DNA from: an uncultured Bdellovibrionales bacterium
GTDB lineage: Bacteria > Bdellovibrionota_C > UBA2361 > SZUA-149 > CAZDWZ01
Direction: 5' to 3'
NCBI GenBank assembly: GCA_964509425.1
Contig: CAZDWZ010000005.1
Span: 193,604 to 257,603, forward strand
DNA length: 64,000 nucleotides
This document shows, in pieces, positions 28,409-39,204 of this stretch (the first letter of the stretch is position 1; every line of letters starts with the position of its first letter). A program made the position numbers and the translations under genes. The notes under the pieces were generated by a model that made no database searches, was not told the DNA's origin, and worked only from the letters and a program-made list of their open reading frames with translations.

Positions 28409-29561
28409 GCAGGTGCCGTTTTTTACTGGAAAGTTGTCGCCGACGGCAAAATCGGTTGCGGTCATCATGGCCGGGGGCAGTGGAACCCGTTTTTGGCCGG
28501 TGAGCCGGAGCTCGTATCCCAAACAATTTCTTCCGTTCGGCGAGGGAGAAACGAGCCTCCTTCAGGCCACTGCCGAGCGCGTTGCCTCGGTCGTAGGCGA
28601 AGGCGCTACATTGGTGGTGACGGCGAATCATCAGTCACATCTCGTTCATGAGCAGCTTCCCGAAGTTGCGATCGTTGCGGAACCTGCCGCTCGAAACACC
28701 GCCGCGTGCATCGGGATTGCGGCTCTCTCGATCCTCAAGCTCGTTGGCGATGTGCCGATGATTTGCCTGCCCGCTGATCACATGGTTTGGCGACCGGAGA
28801 TTTTGCAGGCGAAATATTTCACGGCCTGTGCGATCGCGCGTGAGGAAGAAGTTCTCCTGACAATCGGCATCCCGCCCACATCGCCCGAAACCGGCTACGG
28901 ATACATCGAGAGCGGGGAAGAGAAGGGAGTAGGAGTTTTCAAAGTTAAGAAGTTCTACGAAAAGCCGGACTTGCTCAGGGCACGTCAGTTTCTCTCTTCA
29001 GGCCGCTTCCTTTGGAACAGTGGAATGTTCGTCTGGCGGCCATCCGTAATTCTAAAATCTCTAAAAACGTATCAGCCGGAACTCCTGAAGCAGCTCGAAG
29101 AGCTCTCGTCTCGAGCAGATGCCGGAGCGAAGGCAGAAGAATTAAACGATCGATATATCGCGCTGCCATCGGTCTCCATCGATGTGGGTGTGATGGAGCG
29201 GGCAGAGAATGTGTTGATGCTTTCTGGCGAAGGGCTCCGCTGGAGTGACGTCGGCTCATGGCATTCGTGGGCCGAGGATGCTGAGCGTGTCTCGGGAACC
29301 GGAGAGCCGGTCTGTCTCGGAGAGGGGATTTTTGTAGACACCGAGCGATGCGCAGTGTTCTCCCAGTCACATTTCTCCCGTTCAGCTTCTAAGGGGCACG
29401 AACCGAGAAATAAAGAGCGTCTCATCGCGTTGGTTGGAGTTCACGATCTCGTTGTTGTAGATACCGACGAAGCAATTCTCGTCTGCCATCGAAACCGGGC
29501 TCAGGACGTTAAGCGTGTGGTGGATATACTGAAAGAAAAGGGCCGAAAGGACCTTCTCTGA
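28401..29561 (+). CDS. manC: Mannose-1-phosphate guanylyltransferase
   Basis: Carries VAVIMAGGSGTRFWPVSRSSYPKQFL and a GMP-family fold. Confidence 0.8.
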   Translation: MAKQVPFFTGKLSPTAKSVAVIMAGGSGTRFWPVSRSSYPKQFLPFGEGETSLLQATAERVASVVGEGATLVVTANHQSHLVHEQLPEVAIVAEPAARNTAACIGIAALSILKLVGDVPMICLPADHMVWRPEILQAKYFTACAIAREEEVLLTIGIPPTSPETGYGYIESGEEKGVGVFKVKKFYEKPDLLRARQFLSSGRFLWNSGMFVWRPSVILKSLKTYQPELLKQLEELSSRADAGAKAEELNDRYIALPSVSIDVGVMERAENVLMLSGEGLRWSDVGSWHSWAEDAERVSGTGEPVCLGEGIFVDTERCAVFSQSHFSRSASKGHEPRNKERLIALVGVHDLVVVDTDEAILVCHRNRAQDVKRVVDILKEKGRKDLL

Positions 29562-29683
29562 GAAAAATCGCTCACTTTGCGGTGCGCCCGGATATTGGCA
29601 GAACTCAGATTCTGCTAGAGGGAGTCCACCCGGAAAGGAATTTCCTAGATAGGGGATGAAATCAGTAGGGTAATAGATTATGA

Positions 29684-30679
<996 letters not shown>

Positions 30680-30697
30680 ATCGGGAACAAGAGACTT

Positions 30698-31726
30698 ATG
30701 CGTTCGTTAATTGTCGGCGGGTATGGATTTGTCGGAAGGCACCTAGCACATTACCTCGTACGGTGCGGAGATGACGTTGCCGTCACATATCTTCCACAAG
30801 AGCGAGATCAACTCCTCGCCTCTGGGAAGTTCGTCGAGTCGGCGGGCGCAGTCGATATCTCTCTTGGAACAACGGCGAACCGGGTTGCTCTTCCACAGTC
30901 AGCTCAGACGTTGGCACTCGATATCACCGACACAAAAGCGGTTCAGCAGCTCATCGCGTTGCTCCGCCCGGATGCGATCTATCACTTAGCTGCAATTTCA
31001 TCGGTTCAAGAAAGCGAATCGATGGGGCGGCAGGTATTCGAGATTAATTTCTTCGGCACGGTCAATCTGCTCGAAGCCGTGCGTCAGCATTCACCAGATA
31101 CTCGTTTCCTCTTCGTCAGCTCATCAGAGGTCTACGGAGAGCCGCGGCCGGGAAGCTTGCCGATAGTCGAGACGGCGGAACTTCGTCCGTTAAACGCCTA
31201 CGGAGTGTCGAAGGCCGCGGCGGAGCTCGCCGTGTTTGAGGCCTATTCGCGGCACAAGCTTCACACGGTGCGAGTGCGGCCCTTCCCTCATATCGGACCT
31301 GGTCAGAGCGAGAAGTTTGCGCTCTCGAGTTTCGCCAAGCAGATCGCCGAAATTCAGTTGAAGCGCCGGGAGCCGACGGTAAACGCCGGTAACCTAGAAG
31401 TGAAGCGCGATTACTCGGACGTGTTGGACGTGGTCCGCGCCTACCGCGAAGCGATTGAAAACGGTAAGCCGGGCGAGGCGTATAATATCTGTTCCGGCGA
31501 GGGAAAGAGCATCTCCGATCTCCTTCAGCTTTTGGTAAAACGCTCGGGTGTTGAAGTCGAGATCACTCAAGATCCGAATCGCATGCGGTCGGTGGACGTC
31601 ACCGAAATCTACGGGAGTGCTCAGAAAGCACTACGGGACTTTGGCTGGAAGCCCCGTGTCGAGCGCGAAGCCAGCATGGACAGCCTCCTTGCGTATTGGA
31701 TGGAAGCGCTCGCTGCGGAAAAGTAG
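30698..31726 (+). CDS. NAD-dependent epimerase/dehydratase, probable GDP-4-dehydro-6-deoxy-D-mannose reductase (Rmd/Fcl-like)
   Basis: Carries LIVGGYGFVGRHL and YGVSKAAAE. It sits immediately downstream of gmd. Confidence 0.6.
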   Translation: MRSLIVGGYGFVGRHLAHYLVRCGDDVAVTYLPQERDQLLASGKFVESAGAVDISLGTTANRVALPQSAQTLALDITDTKAVQQLIALLRPDAIYHLAAISSVQESESMGRQVFEINFFGTVNLLEAVRQHSPDTRFLFVSSSEVYGEPRPGSLPIVETAELRPLNAYGVSKAAAELAVFEAYSRHKLHTVRVRPFPHIGPGQSEKFALSSFAKQIAEIQLKRREPTVNAGNLEVKRDYSDVLDVVRAYREAIENGKPGEAYNICSGEGKSISDLLQLLVKRSGVEVEITQDPNRMRSVDVTEIYGSAQKALRDFGWKPRVEREASMDSLLAYWMEALAAEK

Positions 31727-32030
31727 CGTTTCTCTCCCCTTCCGCAATACGAACGCAAGCAGCCGCCGTCCCGAACATCTACACCCTGAAAAGCCACTTC
31801 CACGGATGAACGCTTTTGTGCGGTTCCCTGAGTGAGGTCAAACCCCAGAGCCTCTACCTCTGCGTTCTCCGTGCCTCTGTGGTTTAACAAGACAACGAAT
31901 TTCCAAATCGTTGCGACCTGGTTCGCGATGCCTTCTTTAACCACAGAGGCACAGAGACACGGGGATTCTCTAGTTGAGCAAATCCCTCTTCGACTCTCGG
32001 AGAGACTTCGTTCTCCACGTATGAATTTTT

Positions 32031-32612
32031 TTGATATATTTTATTGGCGCTCGCTCTGAGCTAAGCCGGAAGAAGGTCCTTCTCACTTTTTCTCGGTTAG
32101 ATCTCTCCCCGGTGTTTCCTTCGGCGCATCTGCTCTCCGGAATCTCGTCTGCCGCAATGTCCGGCGGAGGCACCGACTCCCCTTCACGCCCGAAGGTTCC
32201 ACATCCACTATCACCTCTCTCCGAGGACCCGGCCATGAGCAGAAACGGTAAAGGCGCCGACGAGCGCCGCAAGGGTGGCTTTGGCTTCTGTGCTCCAGAA
32301 CGCGTCATCCACGTCAGGATCGTCCGGATGCTTCAGCACGACGTCAAGCCCGTCGCCCCCGATCTATTCGACCTCTGCGAGCTATCGGACCCCGCCGCCG
32401 AGGCCCCCGAACTGCTGAAGCTGGCGATCCAGCTCCGGTTCGGCGCGCAGAAGCGATGCCTCAAGGTCCATCACGGCAATCGGGACGGCCTCACCTACCG
32501 GATCGCGCACACGTGGCTGCCCGGCATCTGTGAGAGCGCCATCGAGCGGCCCGGCATCGTGCGGGACTGCCCGGAATGCGAGAAGACCGTCATTCTGATT
32601 TGGGCACTCTAG
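32031..32612 (+). CDS. Hypothetical protein in a GC-rich segment. The real start is probably internal, near 32247.
   Basis: ORF only. It has no recognisable motifs, and its composition is locally high-GC. Confidence 0.2.
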   Translation: MIYFIGARSELSRKKVLLTFSRLDLSPVFPSAHLLSGISSAAMSGGGTDSPSRPKVPHPLSPLSEDPAMSRNGKGADERRKGGFGFCAPERVIHVRIVRMLQHDVKPVAPDLFDLCELSDPAAEAPELLKLAIQLRFGAQKRCLKVHHGNRDGLTYRIAHTWLPGICESAIERPGIVRDCPECEKTVILIWAL

Positions 32613-32891
32613 GAGCGTGCGTAGACACGCCCGAGGCCATAGTGAAACAAGGATTCGCCCCTCCGGTCTGCAGCGCGGCTCCGGCCCTGCAGTGGATTGG
32701 GCACACCGTTTTCCCTGTTGAAGAGGGGAGTCCGGTGTGTCCAAATTAGGGCTTTCAGAGGAGCGAATATGAATTGCCCTGAATGCTCAGTTCAACTGAC
32801 TCGAGAAATAATCGCCTCCCGGATGTAATCGATGTGGGAGTTGGCGGAGAATTCCCTCAGATGTGAAGCCACCCCCGGAAAAGATTCGGGC

Positions 32892-32928
32892 CCGCCGTCT
32901 TCGGTATGAAGACGGCGGGCCCGAACTT
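32892..32928 (-). terminator. Perfect 15-bp-stem hairpin downstream of the PEP-CTERM gene
   Basis: gggcccgccgtcttc-ggtatg-aagacggcgggccc. Confidence 0.4.
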
Positions 32929-32955
32929 GTTGCCCCGTGTTTATGAAAGAGCTGC

Positions 32956-33684
32956 TTAGGCTCTTTTTCTGCGCCGCATGAAGGCGCCAGCGAGGCCGCT
33001 CGATCCGAGAAGCAACATCGTTGCCGGCTCAGGAACAGCAGTTCCGCTTAACGTAGCTCTTACGAACTCAACGGTGTTCAGACCGGTAAGCAGTGCGTTC
33101 GCGCTGAAGCTCGTAAACTCAAGGCCGATAACAAACGGTGTATTTCCTGCCGGTGGCAAGAATGCCGAAAGATCGGAAATTACGATTTGCTGATTGTTAC
33201 CGGTCGAAGTGACTTCGATGAATCCGGCAATGCTGTCAGCAGTGTGGTTAATGACCTGGGTGGTGTATCCGTCGGAGGTGAAGAATCTCACGCTCTCGAA
33301 GAACCCGCTCAGTTGATCGTTTTCGAAGTAGTCGTTTGTCGGCCCGATGTCGAAATCGATGAAATCGAAGACCAACTTCGCATCCTGAAGGATGTCGGCA
33401 AATGATCCGAAGCCAATCGTCATGATCAGCGAGCCGCCGCTGTTTCCAACATCACCTGTCGTGCCCACGCCGTTTACGGTAAAAGTTCCGCTTGCGGCTT
33501 GAGAGAGAGGTATGAAAAAAGGAAGATACCCATCGCCGTTTAGCGAAGCGACTTGAGTCGTCGAGCCGAAGCCCGAGACCGGAGTGCCTGTTACGGTGAT
33601 TGGTACTGCTGATGCAGGAGTTGCCGATGCAACTGCAACACCGCAAAGCATTGCTACGGATAAGAAAAGGTTCTTGGAATTCAT
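32956..33684 (-). CDS. PEP-CTERM sorting-domain secreted protein
   Basis: Signal peptide MNSKNLFLSVAMLCGVAVASA. The C-terminus is VPEPATMLLLGSSGLAGAFMRRRKRA, a PEP motif followed by a TM helix and a basic tail. Confidence 0.8.
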   Translation of the reverse strand: MNSKNLFLSVAMLCGVAVASATPASAVPITVTGTPVSGFGSTTQVASLNGDGYLPFFIPLSQAASGTFTVNGVGTTGDVGNSGGSLIMTIGFGSFADILQDAKLVFDFIDFDIGPTNDYFENDQLSGFFESVRFFTSDGYTTQVINHTADSIAGFIEVTSTGNNQQIVISDLSAFLPPAGNTPFVIGLEFTSFSANALLTGLNTVEFVRATLSGTAVPEPATMLLLGSSGLAGAFMRRRKRA

Positions 33685-34066
33685 ACTACGGTTTCCAGCA
33701 ACTTATTAACTATTCAGTATTCGCTTTCCGGTAGCGGCATCCGCCGTCTACTTTCGTTGCGACTTATAGATCGCACTTTTTCGAAACTGGAGATTACACT
33801 TTATTTTTTGTAAAATAAAGAAGTACCCTCTCCACTTCTCTCAACAATCCCGTCCGAGTGTTATGACTACGATCACCGATATATATATGAGCAAAGTTCA
33901 TCTTTTTTGCTGATACCCCCGTCAGATGTGACTAAGTCGTGGAAATTCCTCAATAATTCCTGCAAAAAAGTTTCTTTTAAGTACTTCCGGGGCCTTTCTC
34001 CGGTTTTCCAGATCTGGTAGGCAAGACAGCTTTTCTTCCCCGGTAATTTATTTCAAGACCATTTCC

Positions 34067-35905
34067 ATGCTGAGAATTGACGGACTATCGAAGGGTTACG
34101 CAAAACAGGAGTTATTTTCGCATGTTAGCTTTGCGATGAACCCAGGTGAACGCCTGGGCCTCGTCGGGAAGAACGGTCATGGAAAGACGACTCTTTTCAA
34201 GCTTATTCTCGGTGAGGAAGAGCCGGACAAGGGGACGGTGGTCATCCCCAAGGGCTATTCGGTCGGACACCTTTCTCAACACCTCGTTTTTAAAAAGCCG
34301 ACCGTTCTCGAGGAGGCCTCCGCCAGTCTTCCCATGACCGACGACGGCTTCCAGGAAATCTACAAAGCGGAGGCCATGCTGTCGGGCCTCGGATTCGCGA
34401 TCAAGGATTTTGATATCCCGCCAAGTGAACTCTCCGGCGGATTTCAGATTCGGCTCAATCTCGTGAAGCTCCTCTTGATGGACCCGAATCTCCTGCTTCT
34501 CGATGAGCCGACAAACTATCTTGATATCGTCTCGGTCCGTTGGCTCACGAGATTTCTCCGGGCATGGAAGTCCGAGATGATTCTCATCACGCACGACCGC
34601 GCGTTTATGGACAGCGTCACCACCCACACGATGGCGATTCATCGCGCGAAGGTGAAAAAGGTCGAGGGCGGAACGGAGAAGCTCTATCAGCAGTTATTCG
34701 AGGAAGAGGAAATCTACGAAAAGACTCGCTTGAACGAAGAGAAAAAGCGGAAGGACATTGAAGCGTTCATCAACCGCTTTCGAGCTCAGGCCACGCGGGC
34801 GCGTGCCGTTCAATCTCGCGTCAAAGCCCTCGAGCGGCAAGGGGTGAGAGATAAACTTCAAGATATCGCCACGCTGGAGTTTCAATTCAACTCAGTCGAC
34901 TTCCCCGGTAAATGGGTGCTCGAGGCAAAACGCGTCGGGTTCGGATACACCGAAGACGATCCACTTTTCACTGATGTGAGCTTCGCGGTCGGAAAAAGCG
35001 ATCGCATCGGAATAATCGGGAAAAACGGGCGTGGAAAAACCACACTCCTGAATATTCTCGCTGGTGAATTCGCGCCGAAATCCGGAGAGGTCACGGTCAA
35101 CGGAAATACTCGAATGGCGTATTTCGGGCAGACCAACGTCTCGCGTCTTGATCCCAAGAAGACCGTCGAAGAAGAGGTGCTTCAAACTCACCCGGATCGA
35201 AATCGGACGGTCGCACGGAGCATCTGCGGCGCGATGATGTTTGAAGGCGACACGGCGCTAAAGCGTGTCTCGGTTCTTTCGGGAGGAGAGAAGAGTCGCG
35301 TGCTCCTCGGCAAGCTCATCGTCACGCCGGCGAATTGTCTCCTGCTCGACGAACCGACGAACCACTTGGATATGGATTCCATCGAAGCGCTGGTGGATGC
35401 AATCGACGCATTCCCGGGAGCGGTCATCATCGTGACTCACGATGAGTTGTTGTTAAACGCGCTCGTCGACAGGCTCGTCATTTTCGACGGAGAGGGTGCC
35501 ACCGTGTTTGAGGGTGGGTATCAAGATTTTCTCGAACGAATCGGCTGGGAAGATGAACGCGATGAAGCGTCACAATCGCGACGGAACAATAATTCGGAGA
35601 AAGGATCTTCGCTGAACAAGAAAGAGGCAAGACGGCAACGAGCCGAGAAGGTGAAGTTGCTGGCACCTCTTCGGAAGAAAGTCTCTGACATCGAAGCTGA
35701 GATCATCAGCCTCGAAAAGGAAGTGAAAGAAAAAAGTCTCACCCTGGCTGAACTCTCCGACGGCAATGCTCATCAGCAAATTGCAGATCTGATGACCGAC
35801 GTGCACCGGGCCTCCGGGAAGATCAACACGCTGTTTCAAAAGCTGGAAGATGCTAATCGAGTCCTCGAATCGAGAGAAAAAGAGTTAGAAGCCGATGCTC
35901 TGTGA
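34067..35905 (+). CDS. ABC-F family ATPase (Uup/YheS-like, two ABC domains, no TM)
   Basis: Carries two Walker A motifs, GKNGHGKTT and GKNGRGKTT, and two LSGG signatures. The C-terminus is a coiled coil. Confidence 0.85.
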   Translation: MLRIDGLSKGYAKQELFSHVSFAMNPGERLGLVGKNGHGKTTLFKLILGEEEPDKGTVVIPKGYSVGHLSQHLVFKKPTVLEEASASLPMTDDGFQEIYKAEAMLSGLGFAIKDFDIPPSELSGGFQIRLNLVKLLLMDPNLLLLDEPTNYLDIVSVRWLTRFLRAWKSEMILITHDRAFMDSVTTHTMAIHRAKVKKVEGGTEKLYQQLFEEEEIYEKTRLNEEKKRKDIEAFINRFRAQATRARAVQSRVKALERQGVRDKLQDIATLEFQFNSVDFPGKWVLEAKRVGFGYTEDDPLFTDVSFAVGKSDRIGIIGKNGRGKTTLLNILAGEFAPKSGEVTVNGNTRMAYFGQTNVSRLDPKKTVEEEVLQTHPDRNRTVARSICGAMMFEGDTALKRVSVLSGGEKSRVLLGKLIVTPANCLLLDEPTNHLDMDSIEALVDAIDAFPGAVIIVTHDELLLNALVDRLVIFDGEGATVFEGGYQDFLERIGWEDERDEASQSRRNNNSEKGSSLNKKEARRQRAEKVKLLAPLRKKVSDIEAEIISLEKEVKEKSLTLAELSDGNAHQQIADLMTDVHRASGKINTLFQKLEDANRVLESREKELEADAL

Positions 35906-37227
35906 GAATCGCTGATTCATCGCACCCCTTCCGGCAGATCATCCGGACTTGGTGGCCGATCTCGGTCACCGTTCTGATTCTTTTCTCCGAAGTTCAAATT
36001 TTAAGCTCGATCATTGCGCGATTTCCGAACGACAAACACAACCTTGCGGCATTCGGTGTTGCGCAGAGCGTCCTTCTCCTCTTCGAGAGCCCGATTCTCA
36101 TGATCTTCTCGGCGACGATCGCCGCCGTGTCCGGAAAAGAATCCTTCCGACGTATGCACTCGTTTACGCTTTGGAACGGGTTTCTAATGTCGCTGATGAT
36201 CGTGTTTACCTGCACGACTCCGCTGTTTGATCTGCTGATTGAGCGATGGATGGGAGTTCCGACCGAGCTTCAACCGCTTATCTGGGAGGTGATGGTCTAC
36301 ACCATTCCCATCCCGCTCGTTGTCGCGCTCCGACGATTCTATCAAGGCATCCTCGTTCGTGCGGCGCAGGCGCAGTTTGTCGCCCTCGGAACCGCACTCC
36401 GTTTGCTTGCTATGGCGGCGAGCGGTGTCACAGCAGCGCTCATCGGACTAAACGCGATGCAGGTGGTTGGCATCTGCTGGTTGTTCGGAATGTTTACCGA
36501 TTATTTCGTCGCCGTCTATATCGGTCGAAAGGCGATAGCAGCGATACAATCGGAGACCGACTCCGGAACGGCGAAGATTCGGACGGTGGGTGATCTCTCC
36601 CGTTATTATTACCCGCTTGCGCTCTCGCATATCATCCCCTTTGCCGGGGCATCGCTTCAAACTGCCGTCATTACTCAGAGCCGATTTGCGCTCGAGTCTC
36701 TCGCGACCATTTCCGTTGTCTTCGGGTTCGTGGCTCTTTTTCGTGCGCTCGGACTGGCCTATCAGGATACGGTCGTTGCGCTCCTCTCGAATCAGAGTAT
36801 CCCGCTGAGAGAACTCCGGCGCTTCGCATATGCGCTCGCATTCGTGTCGACCCTTGTGTATCTCGTTGCGGTGCTCTCTCCATTCGACGAGTTCTGGCTT
36901 GCGGAGGTAAACGGTCTCTCGCCGGAGCTCTGCGCATTCGCGTTAGGACCGATGCTCTTGTTCGTGCTTCACCCTTCACTTTCCGTGCTCTACGCCTACC
37001 AGCGCGGCCGCATCCTCAGTGAACATCGAAGCCGCGAGATATCTATAGTCGCGATTATGGATTTCCTGGGATTCATGAGTGCGACGGTCATCGCCGTGCA
37101 CGTCTTTGATTTGAATGGACTCTGGGCGGCGACCATAGCGAGCTTGGCCAGCATGTTGTTCATGAACGCCTTCATGGCGCGGCGACTGAACCGAGGACCG
37201 TCGGCGAAGGGAGAACTCACGCAATAA
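35902..37227 (+). CDS. MOP/MATE-superfamily polytopic membrane protein (polysaccharide/lipid-linked oligosaccharide flippase-like)
   Basis: 441 aa with about 12 TM helices. Its start overlaps the upstream stop. Confidence 0.55.
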   Translation: MRIADSSHPFRQIIRTWWPISVTVLILFSEVQILSSIIARFPNDKHNLAAFGVAQSVLLLFESPILMIFSATIAAVSGKESFRRMHSFTLWNGFLMSLMIVFTCTTPLFDLLIERWMGVPTELQPLIWEVMVYTIPIPLVVALRRFYQGILVRAAQAQFVALGTALRLLAMAASGVTAALIGLNAMQVVGICWLFGMFTDYFVAVYIGRKAIAAIQSETDSGTAKIRTVGDLSRYYYPLALSHIIPFAGASLQTAVITQSRFALESLATISVVFGFVALFRALGLAYQDTVVALLSNQSIPLRELRRFAYALAFVSTLVYLVAVLSPFDEFWLAEVNGLSPELCAFALGPMLLFVLHPSLSVLYAYQRGRILSEHRSREISIVAIMDFLGFMSATVIAVHVFDLNGLWAATIASLASMLFMNAFMARRLNRGPSAKGELTQ

Positions 37228-37431
37228 TTCCTTCGCTGCGCAATCTCTGTGCCTCCGTGTCTCTGTGGTTAGGAACAATTCGACCTCTGCGCCCTCCGTC
37301 GATTTCAGGAAGGAGATTATTCATGAGTTGGTCCTGCTCCTGGTACCGGGTTCATCCCGAGCAAGCTTCAAAATCCCAGGAGGCAAGGTGGTTATGGGTG
37401 CTGCGCCCGGCTGAAGTGTCGGATCTCTGAT

Positions 37432-38307
37432 TTGTTTGGAGTTTGTCTCACGTGTCTTCCCGATACCGCGGCTCAGTGGAAGGCGCGATCCGGTCGACAA
37501 ATGGGGAATGAGTGCGAGCTCGTAAATGAGCTCTTCTCTGAAATCGACGGAGGGCGAAGGCTTCGCTTGAACACATCACCGAAAGGATCGTTCCGGCTTC
37601 CGACCCACTGGGTTTCTCTATCTGAAACCCAATTTGTATTTTTATCCGCCTCACCGAATTCGTGTTGTCATCGCATTGTCTCAATCGGCAGGGTTGGACT
37701 TAGTTTCGCGGACCATAACGCGCTCAAGCATTACGAAGTAATTGAGGAGCCTGTTTCTCTGGACGTCCGGCGATTGATCCAATTTTTCCAAACCGATGCT
37801 CATGTATTCCTGCATCCGTGGAATGTAGCAGGAAGGCCGAAGCACGTTCTCCCCGCAGTTCTCACTCTTCGCGTTTCCACTCTCTTATTTGCGGAGCCGG
37901 TTCTTTCTGAAAGCCTGGTTGTCAACGACATTATCGTTGCGGGTGATATTTCTGGCGAGATGCAACCGCTGCACGATGAACGTTCCCGTGAGGTGGAATG
38001 TACTCTCAGCATGTCATCGACTTTCTCGGAAATACCTCTCATTCGGTGGGCGGGACTGATCTCGCTTTTCTTCCTGAGAGATATTGGAAAATGGCCTTTC
38101 CTGATTGGCGTTGTTCTGATGATTGTTGGAGTCTCAGTGTTTCCGTGGATTCCACTGACCGGACGGGATGTAGCGATCATGCAGATCGGATTTCTCTTGG
38201 ATGGAGTTGTGCTGTTCGTGGTTTTTCGGGAGATTGATTGCCCTAAGGCCAATAGAGCACAACCATTGCCGGAACCGAATGTGCTCCCGCTGAGCATCCT
38301 GACCTAG
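37432..38307 (+). CDS. Hypothetical protein (TTG start as listed), with C-terminal TM helices. It lies inside a TIR-bounded element.
   Basis: ORF only, with no recognisable motifs. Confidence 0.25.
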   Translation: MFGVCLTCLPDTAAQWKARSGRQMGNECELVNELFSEIDGGRRLRLNTSPKGSFRLPTHWVSLSETQFVFLSASPNSCCHRIVSIGRVGLSFADHNALKHYEVIEEPVSLDVRRLIQFFQTDAHVFLHPWNVAGRPKHVLPAVLTLRVSTLLFAEPVLSESLVVNDIIVAGDISGEMQPLHDERSREVECTLSMSSTFSEIPLIRWAGLISLFFLRDIGKWPFLIGVVLMIVGVSVFPWIPLTGRDVAIMQIGFLLDGVVLFVVFREIDCPKANRAQPLPEPNVLPLSILT

Positions 38308-38417
38308 CTTCCGCACATGTTGGGCCTCTTGAGCTTCTCGTCCTGCCGCTCTCGGAATGAAGTCCCCCTTCAATCTTCATGCTGTGAAAGGAGCAATTAA
38401 CAGGTAGTTGGCGATCA

Positions 38418-38491
38418 GGATTCACTAAGGATCGGCGGTCCGGCGGAGGATTGGTGTTTCCTCCGCCGGACGCGCGAACCTGAAGCGGTGC
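38418..38491 (+). repeat. 74-nt direct repeat (copy a). Copy b lies at 42573-42646.
   Basis: Sequence is ggattcactaaggatcggcggYccggcggaggattggtKWttcctccgccggacgcgcgaacctgaagcggtgc, with 71/74 identity. It contains a 10-bp stem hairpin. Confidence 0.85.
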
Positions 38492-38623
38492 TCTAGTACG
38501 ACGTCTTTGAGAGTTCGAAGATCGGGCACATGAGACAAACTCCAAACAAATCGGAGATCCGACGCCTCAGGCGGGAGCAACGCCCATAACCACCCTGTCT
38601 TTTCGGAAATTGAATCTTTTAGG

Positions 38624-39022
38624 ATGGCTATGAAAGCAAGTTTACAACTCATTACAATTGCAATTTTATCTTCGATTTCTGCTGCCAGTTCACATGCAGC
38701 TGGACCGCCTCCAATCGAAGATCCAATCAATCGCGCCGGCATTCTCGCGGGCATCGACATCGTGCAACATTGCACCACGCCGTTGTTCTCGAACTCTGCG
38801 TCGACCGGATACGCAACATGCAACGATTGCATCCGGGAACTTTGCTATCGCACGTTCATGAATCCAGAGTTGTCAGATCCGTACTCTCAGGTCGACATTT
38901 ATTTATGCGAAGCAGATCGTAGAAACGCCGGGGCCTGCATCGCTTTTGGAGAATTCTTTTGCCCCGCTCCGATGGTGCGTCAACCGGAAGCCGTCGGAGG
39001 TATTCTCGACTTCGTCCCGTAG
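38624..39022 (+). CDS. Small secreted cysteine-rich hypothetical protein
   Basis: Signal peptide MAMKASLQLITIAILSSISAASSHA, followed by 8 Cys residues. Confidence 0.4.
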   Translation: MAMKASLQLITIAILSSISAASSHAAGPPPIEDPINRAGILAGIDIVQHCTTPLFSNSASTGYATCNDCIRELCYRTFMNPELSDPYSQVDIYLCEADRRNAGACIAFGEFFCPAPMVRQPEAVGGILDFVP

Positions 39023-39204
39023 GCGATCCATCATCAAGAGAGAAAGGATCGAGCGGCATTCGCTCCCTGAAGGAGAGCGCGAGTGCCGCTGCTTTTCCTT
39101 CTGCCGTGATTACACGCGAATCTCCCGCCGATTCCCTCGTGTGTTCAAGCACTCTTCACACTGAAACGGTATCCTGCCGGATCTCACGACACGGAGGATT
39201 CGAG

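Larger units (their letters stand above)
37429..38552. mobile_element. Approximately 1.1-kb segment bounded by 24-bp terminal inverted repeats (GATTTGTTTGGAGTTTGTCTCAyG), a MITE/IS-like structure
   Basis: The left TIR is at 37429-37452. The right TIR (reverse complement, 23/24) is at 38529-38552. Inside there is only a hypothetical ORF plus repeat copy a. Confidence 0.45.

Noticed and set aside
37800-38297. Minus-strand 165-aa ORF inside the TIR-bounded element
   Set aside because: Its translation is low-complexity and Ser/Thr/Arg-rich. The plus-strand ORF is marginally more protein-like, but neither is convincing.
38418-38491. 74-nt repeat considered as a tRNA 3' fragment or att site derived from a tRNA
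   Set aside because: There is no T-arm GTTCRANYC motif, no acceptor-stem complementarity, and no CCA.
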